Origin: a plasmid
Strand: one strand, 5' to 3'
Assembly (NCBI RefSeq): GCF_055900595.2
Contig: NZ_JBVWEU010000009.1
Length of the DNA stretch: 5,152 nt
Every line of letters begins with the position of its first letter. Position 1 is the first letter of the stretch. Shown here piece by piece: positions 1 to 5,113 of this stretch. The notes below the pieces were generated by a model that saw nothing but the letters and a program-made list of their open reading frames with translations, was not told the origin of the DNA and searched no databases. Made by a program: the position numbers and the translations under genes.

Positions 1-45
1 TGTGCATAATATAACCTTGTCTGCCTGCGTGTGAGACCGTAAAAT

Positions 46-110
46 CATCCCTGATTAATTCAGGGATGCGCACTTAGACGTTTCTCTCCTTCGTCGAGAA
101 ACAGTGCGCT
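46..110 (-). other. oriT: origin of transfer (oriT), RSF1010/R1162-like MOBQ nic region
   Basis: Read on the minus strand (plus 102 down to 47) the sequence is GTTTCTC-GACGAAGGA-GAGAAAC-GTC-TAAGTGCGC-ATCCCTG. That is a 7-bp inverted repeat (plus 80-86 / 96-102), 3 nt, then TAAGTGCGC (plus 68-76). This matches the nic core I recall for RSF1010 oriT (GTTTCTCGAAGAGAAACCGGTAAGTG|CGCCCT), including the 3-nt distance between repeat and TAAGTG. A second perfect 9-bp inverted repeat (46-54 catccctga / 60-68 tcagggatg, 5-nt spacer) lies just 3' of the predicted nick. Predicted nick is on the minus strand between plus coordinates 71 and 70. The site is 22 bp upstream of mobA. Confidence 0.6.
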
Positions 111-132
111 CCTGCGGAGGGCTTAACGGCAG

Positions 133-1227
133 ATGGCAAGCTACCATTGCACAGTTAAAACTGGAGCAAAAGGCGTAGCCTTAAAACATGCTGATTACAT
201 TTCCAGATCCGGCGAATATAAAAACTATAAATCGCGGGAGGATCTGGAATTTTCTTCATCCGGTAACATGCCATCATGGGCGAAGAAAAATCCCGCAGAA
301 CTGTGGAAAGCTGCTGATGAATTTGAACGAAAAAACGGGACGGCATACCGTGAAATTGAGATCGCATTACCGCGAGAACTGACACGTGAACAACGGATAG
401 AGCTTGTTGAAGATTTCGTGCAAAAGGAACTTGGTGATCGCCATGCCTATCAGTACGCGATCCACAATCCACCAGGTGCAATTGACGGGAAGGAACAGCC
501 ACACGCGCATATCATGTTTTGCGAACGGATTAATGATGGTATTGAACGCGATCCGCAGCAGTTTTTTAAACGTGCCAACAGCAAATCACCAGAGCGGGGA
601 GGCGCAAAAAAGGCACGCTTTGGCGAGACACAACAAGAGCGAAAATCAGCCCTGGTTGCGCTACGCTCTCACTGGGCTGATGTGCAGAATGAACACCTTG
701 CGCGACACGGCCACCAGTCGCGCGTTGATCATCGTTCGCTGAAAGAACAGGGTATCAAGCGTACGCCGGAGGTGCATCTTGGTCCCGTTCGTGTTGCTGT
801 TATGAACGCTGATCAGGTTTGTGCAATTCTGGCATGGAGAAATGCGGAACGGGAGAAGCTGGAGGCCGAGAAGGAACGGGACAGCATCATTGACCTTAAA
901 ACGACCTTGAAGGAAGCGTTAGCTGAACGGGATAACATGCCACCAACCCTGGATGAGCTTGGGGCAGAATTGAAAGCGTTTGTTGAAAGCTCGTTTGATG
1001 AACTCAATGAGGTAATGCAGCTTAATTCATTGATTGACGGTGCGCTGGACACAATGATGAAGCAATTCCAGGTGGAAGAGGAGCGGAAGCTGCAACAGGA
1101 ACGACTAATTCAGGCTGCGCGAGATGAAGCCGAAAAACAAAGAGAGCTGGAGAGGGAAAGAGTGCGCCGGCGTGCGTATTCTTCACCAGCACCATCACGT
1201 TCACGCGATTATGGTATGAGCCGTTAA
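133..1227 (+). CDS. mobA: mobilization relaxase MobA (MobA/MobL family, MOBQ)
   Basis: 364-aa ORF, ATG at 133 with GGAGG at 116-120. The N-terminus MASYHCTVKTGAKGVALKHADYISRSGEY has the conserved Tyr-containing motif of MobA/MobL relaxases (compare RSF1010 MobA), and a downstream His motif (QPHAHIMF) fits the metal-binding histidine cluster. The C-terminal half is charged and coiled-coil-like (EKLEAEKER, QRELERERVRRR). It sits directly downstream of the oriT-like site. G+C is near half, typical of an enterobacterial backbone. Confidence 0.88.
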   Translation: MASYHCTVKTGAKGVALKHADYISRSGEYKNYKSREDLEFSSSGNMPSWAKKNPAELWKAADEFERKNGTAYREIEIALPRELTREQRIELVEDFVQKELGDRHAYQYAIHNPPGAIDGKEQPHAHIMFCERINDGIERDPQQFFKRANSKSPERGGAKKARFGETQQERKSALVALRSHWADVQNEHLARHGHQSRVDHRSLKEQGIKRTPEVHLGPVRVAVMNADQVCAILAWRNAEREKLEAEKERDSIIDLKTTLKEALAERDNMPPTLDELGAELKAFVESSFDELNEVMQLNSLIDGALDTMMKQFQVEEERKLQQERLIQAARDEAEKQRELERERVRRRAYSSPAPSRSRDYGMSR

Positions 1228-1248
1228 GCACTGGAGGTTTTTTATTTT

Positions 1249-1965
1249 ATGCAATTGGATGAACATTCAAGAAAAATTGCTGCCCTTGTTGCGTATAATG
1301 AAAAGCAAATAAAAGAAATAAACAGGATAATTACTCTGCTTAATGAAAGAGTGAATGATTTAAATACCTTTACAGATACTCTTGAACGTGAAGGTAAAGT
1401 TGTATCTGGAATTTCTTATTCCTTGAGAGATAGTGTGTCTCATGTTGATTTTTATCTTAATAAAGGAATGGAAGAAGTATCCTGTAAATTACAGAAATCT
1501 GTCTCAGACACACTAACATCATTACTCCGTGAAAAATTATCTTTCACACTTAATGATGTAAGGCAAGAGTGGACTGATTTTGAAGAGCAAACAAGTAAAG
1601 AGATAAAGGAATCATTAAAGCAGACGACCAGAGATGCTGAAGTTGCGACAGGTATAATTAGAAAAATAATGGAAAAGTATACAGTAACAAGGATAGTCGA
1701 AAAGGTAATTGTGTTACTTGTGTTATTTTTATTACTAATGATAGCACCTGGTTTCTATGCTGAATATCTCAAAATGAATATCGGTTCTCTAATGGAAGAA
1801 CAGAAAAAACATGAATCTATGTTAAAAGAGTGGAAGGAAAAAGCACCATTGGCAGAGTTCTCTAAGTGTGGAGAGTATAGGGAAGCATGTGTGTTAGTTG
1901 ATGATAAAAGCGGATATTATTATGATGAACAAACTCCAAATAAAAAATATGCCATACTGAAATAG
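1249..1965 (+). CDS. hypothetical bitopic membrane protein (N-terminal coiled-coil domain, one transmembrane helix, small Cys-containing C-terminal domain); AT-rich cargo gene
   Basis: 238-aa ORF. ATG at 1249 is preceded by GGAGG at 1233-1237 and starts 21 nt after the mobA stop codon (TAA 1225-1227), with no obvious promoter in between. The N-terminal ~145 aa are rich in K/E with heptad-like spacing (EKQIKEINRIITLLNERVNDLN). One strongly hydrophobic segment (IVEKVIVLLVLFLLLMIAPGFYAEYL) follows, then a ~70-aa tail with two Cys (SKCGEYREAC) and a YYYDE motif. Codon usage is visibly AT-rich, about one-third G+C by eye, unlike mobA and rep. I recognise no family. Confidence 0.6.
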   Translation: MQLDEHSRKIAALVAYNEKQIKEINRIITLLNERVNDLNTFTDTLEREGKVVSGISYSLRDSVSHVDFYLNKGMEEVSCKLQKSVSDTLTSLLREKLSFTLNDVRQEWTDFEEQTSKEIKESLKQTTRDAEVATGIIRKIMEKYTVTRIVEKVIVLLVLFLLLMIAPGFYAEYLKMNIGSLMEEQKKHESMLKEWKEKAPLAEFSKCGEYREACVLVDDKSGYYYDEQTPNKKYAILK

Positions 1966-2120
1966 TGTTAAGTAACTCATTCCGCCTTATGACTAAGGCT
2001 GCATGAGTATAAAAACTAAAAATAAATGCCCGTACCTAAAAAATGGAACTACATATACTTATGTACCTTGAGAATGACGGAGTTAATTTATCCTTTGTTG
2101 TCAAATTTTTGACCCAAACA

Positions 2121-2160
2121 GGGGCCGCTTGGTAGGGTATCTGAACTCCAATCGGTCCCC
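2121..2160 (-). terminator. candidate intrinsic terminator / GC-rich imperfect hairpin downstream of the minus-strand cargo gene
   Basis: On the minus strand, just after the stop codon (complement of 2172-2174), the sequence GGGGACCGATTGG-(15 nt)-CCAAGCGGCCCC forms an imperfect ~11-bp stem (one bulge, one mismatch) followed by UGUUUGGGUC. It is a GC-rich island in an otherwise AT-rich intergenic region between two convergent genes. The T-tract is weak, so this is only a candidate. Confidence 0.3.
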
Positions 2161-2171
2161 TCATAATGCCT

Positions 2172-2969
2172 TTATGTATTGAATTCTAATACAGGGTCGA
2201 ATTGAAACATGTCATTAAAATAACATAGTGCTGGATTACTAAATGTAATTGGTTCTGCTTCGGTATTTAGGTAATCCAACCATTCATAATAATCTTTTTT
2301 AAATTGCGTGTATGTTTCTTTTGTCATTGGTTTGAATTGATAACCAAAAGTTGTATGAAATCTATATGTGTCATGGTTTTTATGTTTCACTCCTGTTATT
2401 TCAGCAACGGAATTTCTAAAGTTGATTAGTATTTCTTTATCTGAGTTGCTTGCAGGAATTAAAGGTATAATAAAGGCTGGTTGTTTATTATCGTCCCACT
2501 CTGGAGGTAGCGATGGTGTAGATTTTAGATCTACCTTCATTGTAACAGGTTTTTCAAATCCTATTTGTTTATTTTTAAGTGTATTTGCAATTAACTTTGT
2601 CGCTTCCTCCATGCTTATATTCGTGGGGGTGTTATAAGGCCAAGGATTTTTTCTATCGCCACTAATTAAAGAAATGATAGTCATGTGATAAGAGTTTGGA
2701 GGTAATAACACAATGCAATCACCAAAATCTCGTTGAATTCGAACCTGAATATTAAGCATTGCTTTAAATAAATTGCTGTCTTTATCTGTATGGCAGATTA
2801 CGGAACATCCTTTATATTGTGCAACCTTTCCATTGCGATAAAATTTTGCGCCCTTATCAAGACCGTTGTTTTGTGCTATTTCGCATCGATTATTTTCAGC
2901 AAAAACAGTATTAGATGTTATTGCTGCTGTTACTAATGCGGAAGATTTTATAAATGTTCTTCTGTCCAT
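2172..2969 (-). CDS. Tat-signal (twin-arginine) exported protein with 2H phosphoesterase (LigT-like) motifs; AT-rich cargo gene
   Basis: The minus-strand ORF track starts at 3029, but the preferred start is the ATG at 2969 (complement of 2967-2969), preceded by AAGGAA 7 nt upstream. It gives MDRRTFIKSSALVTAAITSNTVFA-ENN: a twin-arginine motif (RRxFIK), a hydrophobic h-region and an A-x-A-like cleavage site (VFA), i.e. a Tat signal peptide. The mature part carries two H-x-T-x motifs flanked by hydrophobics, about 110 aa apart: LLPPNSYHMTIISL and YRFHTTFGYQF. This is the signature of the 2H phosphoesterase superfamily, and the first motif resembles the PPENLH-hydrophobic-T-L segment I recall in LigT. 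G+C is about one-third by eye. Confidence 0.6.
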   Translation of the reverse strand: MDRRTFIKSSALVTAAITSNTVFAENNRCEIAQNNGLDKGAKFYRNGKVAQYKGCSVICHTDKDSNLFKAMLNIQVRIQRDFGDCIVLLPPNSYHMTIISLISGDRKNPWPYNTPTNISMEEATKLIANTLKNKQIGFEKPVTMKVDLKSTPSLPPEWDDNKQPAFIIPLIPASNSDKEILINFRNSVAEITGVKHKNHDTYRFHTTFGYQFKPMTKETYTQFKKDYYEWLDYLNTEAEPITFSNPALCYFNDMFQFDPVLEFNT

Positions 2970-3014
2970 AACAGATTCCTTATTAGTGAATGTGAGTTTC
3001 TTCTTCATTAGAAG

Positions 3015-3042
3015 AATGTAAAAAAACATAAATAAAAGTCAA
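3015..3042 (-). promoter_or_regulatory. candidate sigma70 promoter for the Tat/2H-like gene
   Basis: On the minus strand: TTGACT (complement of 3037-3042), a 16-nt AT-rich spacer, then TACATT (complement of 3015-3020). This lies about 45 nt upstream of the ATG at 2969. The alternative in-frame ATGs at 3029 and 3008 would fall inside or abut this promoter and lack a Shine-Dalgarno sequence. Confidence 0.3.
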
Positions 3043-3237
3043 ACGGTAAAAAACGCCTAGGGGCTTTCACGAAACAAACGGATTTGTACGCTGAACTTTG
3101 ACGTCACCCCGTTTGGGGGAAACTCATCAGAACGCTATATCAAATTCCCGCAAAGGACTTCTCATCCAGGGGAGAAAATTTGTCATTTTGACCCGTTCGC
3201 CGTTCTGTACGGTCGAAACCGATCGCGCATCGCTTTC

Positions 3238-3253
3238 GTGCATAGTTATGCAA
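3238..3253. promoter_or_regulatory. candidate ARG-box-like palindrome (accessory sequence of the cer-like site)
   Basis: gTGCATagttATGCAa is an inverted repeat (TGCAT / ATGCA, 4-bp AT-rich centre) resembling the ARG box half-sites TGAAT / ATTCA. It lies about 100-115 bp upstream of the XerC/XerD core, the distance at which ArgR binds in cer. Confidence 0.3.
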
Positions 3254-3353
3254 CGCGCTAAAAACGATTCTGACGCATTTTTTATGTTTACCCTGGTGTT
3301 TCCTTGTCTTTTTACGTTTTTTACGTCAGAAAGCGACTGAGGGCGTTTTAAGG

Positions 3354-3381
3354 GGTACGTACAAGAGGAGTTATGGTAAAT
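3354..3381 (+). other. cer-like XerC/XerD multimer resolution site (core)
   Basis: GGTACGTACAA-GAGGAG-TTATGGTAAAT. The left arm differs by one base from the ColE1 cer XerC arm as I recall it (GGTGCGTACAA), and the right arm is identical to the cer XerD arm (TTATGGTAAAT). The central region is 6 bp (cer has 8; dif and psi have 6). About 250 bp of non-coding sequence upstream (3100-3353) fits the accessory region. Confidence 0.6.
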
Positions 3382-3402
3382 GGATCGGGTTTGCGGGAAG
3401 GA

Positions 3403-3431
3403 TCGACAGGATTTGCCGTTGGGTGTAGTGT
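3403..3431 (+). promoter_or_regulatory. candidate rep promoter
   Basis: TCGACA (3403-3408), 17-bp spacer, TAGTGT (3426-3431). This would start a roughly 100-nt leader before the rep ATG at 3538, in line with the long antisense-controlled leader of ColE2-type rep mRNAs. Confidence 0.3.
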
Positions 3432-3439
3432 AAGCGACT

Positions 3440-3555
3440 GAAAAACAAACGCCCCTGAAATCATGTCCAGATCCGGCAAGATTCAACATGAAATACAGGG
3501 GCGAGGTCGGTCGATAACCTGGAAGGAATCGTAACACATGAGCGCCGCGCTTCAA
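3440..3555 (-). ncRNA. candidate antisense RNA (ColE2 RNAI-like copy-number control RNA) complementary to the rep leader
   Basis: A long interrupted hairpin in the rep leader: gcccctg (3451-3457) pairs with caggggc (3496-3502), and the inner arms tcatgt (3461-3466) pair with acatga (3486-3491). On the minus strand the stem is followed directly by GUUUGUUUUUC (complement of about 3440-3450), the shape of an intrinsic terminator for a minus-strand transcript. ColE2-type replicons are known to control Rep translation with a roughly 115-nt antisense RNA against the leader. The 5' end and promoter are not resolved, so the boundaries are approximate. Confidence 0.4.
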
Positions 3556-4473
3556 TACTTCGACGAAAATTTACCCCACCGTCCCTATCACACGGATGAT
3601 CTCGCTTTTGGTCTTCGCATCTCCGGCAAAGGGCGTGCGCTTCTTGCGCGGTACATACAGCAGAACCAGCCTCATGCGCAGTTCTGGCTGGTTTTTGACG
3701 TTGACCGCGAGGGGGCAGCGATTGACTGGAGTGACCGGAACGCTCCCGCGCCGAACATCACCGTAAAAAATCCTGTGAACGGTCATGCTCACCTGCTCTA
3801 CGCGCTCAATATCGCCGTGAGAACCGCGCCGGACAGCTCGGTTAAGGCGCTGAAATACGCCGCTGCGATTGAACGTTCGCTGTGTGAGAAACTTTGTGCT
3901 GATGTGAACTACAGCGGACTGATTTGCAAAAATCCGTTCCACCTGGAATGGCAGGTGATGGAGTGGCGCGAGGAAGCCTATACCCTCGATGAACTGGCAG
4001 ATTATCTCGATTTGAGCGCCTCAGCGCGTCGTAGCATCGATAAACATTACGGGATGGGGCGAAACTGCCACCTGTTCGAAATGACGCGCAAATGGGCTTA
4101 CAGGGCGATTCGTCAGGGCTGGCCAGCATTCTCACAGTGGCTTGATGCCGTGATTCAGCGTGTCGAAATGTACAACGCATCGCTTCCCGTTCCGCTTTCT
4201 CCGGCTGAATGTCGGGCTATTGGCAGGAGCATTGCGAAATACACGCACAGGAACTTCACGCCGGAAACTTTCGCACAGTATGTGGCTGATACGCACACAC
4301 CAGAAATACAGGCCAAGAGAGGCCGGAAAGGTGGTATCGCTAAAGGCGAAGCCTACGATGACAAGCGTTTCATGGCGCTATGTATGCTGGATAATGGATA
4401 TTCTCAGAAAGCTATTGCGGCGATGCTGAATGTACATCGTAATACGATCCGTAATTGGGCAATGCACAAATAG
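3538..4473 (+). CDS. rep: ColE2-type replication initiator Rep (plasmid-specific primase-like initiator)
   Basis: 311-aa ORF, ATG at 3538 with AAGGA at 3523-3527. The N-terminus MSAALQYFDENLPHRPYHTDDLAFGLRISGKGRALLARYIQQNQPHAQFWLVFDVDREGAAIDWSDRNAPAPNITVKNP closely matches what I recall of ColE2-P9 Rep (MSAVLQRFREKLPHKPY...QNQPHA...DWSDRN.PAPNITVKNP). The C-terminus has a helix-turn-helix-like segment (YSQKAIAAMLNVHRNTIRNW). The origin motif follows directly after the stop codon, as in ColE2. G+C is near or above half. Confidence 0.9.
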   Translation: MSAALQYFDENLPHRPYHTDDLAFGLRISGKGRALLARYIQQNQPHAQFWLVFDVDREGAAIDWSDRNAPAPNITVKNPVNGHAHLLYALNIAVRTAPDSSVKALKYAAAIERSLCEKLCADVNYSGLICKNPFHLEWQVMEWREEAYTLDELADYLDLSASARRSIDKHYGMGRNCHLFEMTRKWAYRAIRQGWPAFSQWLDAVIQRVEMYNASLPVPLSPAECRAIGRSIAKYTHRNFTPETFAQYVADTHTPEIQAKRGRKGGIAKGEAYDDKRFMALCMLDNGYSQKAIAAMLNVHRNTIRNWAMHK

Positions 4474-4515
4474 CCTATATCAGATAACAGCGCCTTTTCG
4501 GCGTCTTTTTGAGCA
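4474..4515 (+). other. ori: ColE2-type origin of replication (Rep binding and priming site)
   Basis: cctatATCAGATAACAGCGCCttttcGGCGTCTTTTTGAGCAg starts right after the rep stop codon (TAG 4471-4473). It matches the conserved ColE2/ColE3 ori core as I recall it (CCTTATCAGATAACAGCGCCCTTTTGGCGTCTTTTTGAGCA) with a few substitutions. Confidence 0.7.
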
Positions 4516-4569
4516 GCGGGCTTTCCGGCGGTTTTCTCCTTTCAGCCCAGCAATGGTGCGGCTTACCGT

Positions 4570-4640
4570 ATGATTGAGGTGGTCGTGCTCGCCGCAGTCT
4601 CATGACCGAGCGTAGCGAGCGAATGAGCGAGGAAGCACCA
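4570..4640. other. candidate single-strand initiation / primosome assembly site (ColE1 pas-like homology)
   Basis: GCTCGCCGCAGtctcatGACCGAGCGtAGCGAGcgaaTGAGCGAGGAAGC (about 4587-4636) is strikingly similar to the pBR322/ColE1 segment GCTCGCCGCAGccgaacGACCGAGCGcAGCGAGtcagTGAGCGAGGAAGC. In ColE1 this lies downstream of ori in the region of the PriA-dependent primosome assembly (n-prime) sites. Here it sits about 100 bp downstream of the ColE2-type ori, where lagging-strand priming would be needed. Confidence 0.4.
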
Positions 4641-4666
4641 GGGAACCGGAACGTGAACGGAGGCTC

Positions 4667-5113
4667 TTACGCACTGTCTTTGGTTAGTAGCTTCTTCCCG
4701 CGTCTTTCCCATTCCTGCCATTTTGGATGGTTGCGCGGTAGCTCTGCGATTCCTGCGAGTGCGCCTACCAGTTCGGCAGCACTACACTTTGGTTTTCCGG
4801 TTTTGCTGTCCACCAGTCCTGCCACAATCATGAGGCCTGCGGCCTTGTAGAGTTCATGATCCCGCGCTTTTCGTTCCGCCCTTGCGGCTGCCTTCCGTTC
4901 TGCCGCTATGATTGCCGTTACCCTGGCTTTTGCTGCGGCTGCTTTCTCTGCGGTTTTTTCTGCCCGTATCAGTGCGGATAACGTTTTTTCATCCGTCGTT
5001 GTTCGGTTTTTTTTCTCTGCCAGTAACACAAGTAATCTCTGCTGCTCTGACGGTGATTTCAGTCCGTTGATGTAGGCAATTTTTGCACTTAACCACTCTT
5101 CACGATTTGTCAT
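4667..5113 (-). CDS. mobC: MobC-like mobilization accessory protein (divergent from mobA across oriT if the molecule is circular)
   Basis: 148-aa minus-strand ORF. ATG is the complement of 5111-5113, with GAGGT 5 nt upstream. The protein is Ala/Lys/Arg/Glu-rich and helical (EKTAEKAAAAKARVTAIIAAERKAAARAERKARDHELYKAAGLMIVAGL, ELVGALAGIAELPRNHP), like the small oriT-binding accessory proteins found beside MOBQ relaxases. Its start is 39 bp from the window end; joining the end to the start puts it divergent from mobA with oriT between them, as mobC/oriT/mobA is arranged in RSF1010-type plasmids. The family call rests on position and composition, not on a recognised motif. Confidence 0.5.
   Translation of the reverse strand: MTNREEWLSAKIAYINGLKSPSEQQRLLVLLAEKKNRTTTDEKTLSALIRAEKTAEKAAAAKARVTAIIAAERKAAARAERKARDHELYKAAGLMIVAGLVDSKTGKPKCSAAELVGALAGIAELPRNHPKWQEWERRGKKLLTKDSA

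Noticed and set aside
404-742. 112-aa plus-strand ORF in an alternative frame inside mobA, considered as an overlapping mobB-like gene (RSF1010 has mobB nested in mobA)
   Set aside because: It overlaps the conserved relaxase domain rather than the 3' part of mobA, has no Shine-Dalgarno sequence, and its Arg/Ser/Thr-rich low-complexity composition is typical of an out-of-frame read of a GC-balanced gene.
155-1231. Other ORFs overlapping mobA (155-502 minus, 188-382 plus, 813-1052 minus, 1022-1231 minus)
   Set aside because: They are entirely inside a confidently assigned relaxase gene, on the antisense strand or out of frame, with no ribosome-binding sites and no recognisable motifs.
2121-2160. 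GC-rich structured island considered as a tRNA fragment or integration (att) site
   Set aside because: It is too short for a tRNA, no cloverleaf or anticodon arm can be drawn, and no integrase or direct repeats are nearby; an imperfect terminator-like hairpin is the simpler reading.
2368-2637. 89-aa plus-strand ORF antisense to the Tat/2H-like gene
   Set aside because: It is fully embedded in the opposite-strand gene, which has a strong signal peptide and conserved motifs; it is an AT-rich chance ORF.
2970-3029. N-terminal extension of the Tat/2H-like gene (MFFYILLMKKKLTFTNKESV) given by the longest ORF
   Set aside because: It has no Shine-Dalgarno sequence, would bury the twin-arginine motif 20 residues in, and overlaps the candidate promoter; the ATG at 2969 with AAGGAA upstream is preferred.
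3098-3118. Palindrome tgacgtca (3098-3105) and small hairpin cccc-gttt-gggg (3107-3118)
   Set aside because: They are short, not followed by a T-tract on either strand, and have no supporting context; possibly part of the cer-like accessory region but not separable as a feature.
3098-3555. ORFs 3098-3340 (plus, 80 aa) and 3127-3555 (minus, 142 aa) across the cer-like accessory region and rep leader
   Set aside because: The region is better explained as non-coding (XerCD site with accessory sequences, rep promoter, antisense RNA hairpin). Neither ORF has a convincing ribosome-binding site, and both translate to low-complexity Arg/Ser/Phe-rich sequence.
3571-4429. ORFs inside rep (3571-3942 minus, 3842-4180 minus, 4160-4429 plus)
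   Set aside because: They are embedded in a confidently assigned Rep gene on the antisense strand or out of frame; Arg-rich composition is typical of spurious ORFs in GC-rich coding sequence.
4602-4850. 82-aa plus-strand ORF overlapping the pas-like region and the 3' end of the MobC-like gene
   Set aside because: It is antisense to the better-supported minus-strand gene and runs through a conserved non-coding priming region; no ribosome-binding site.
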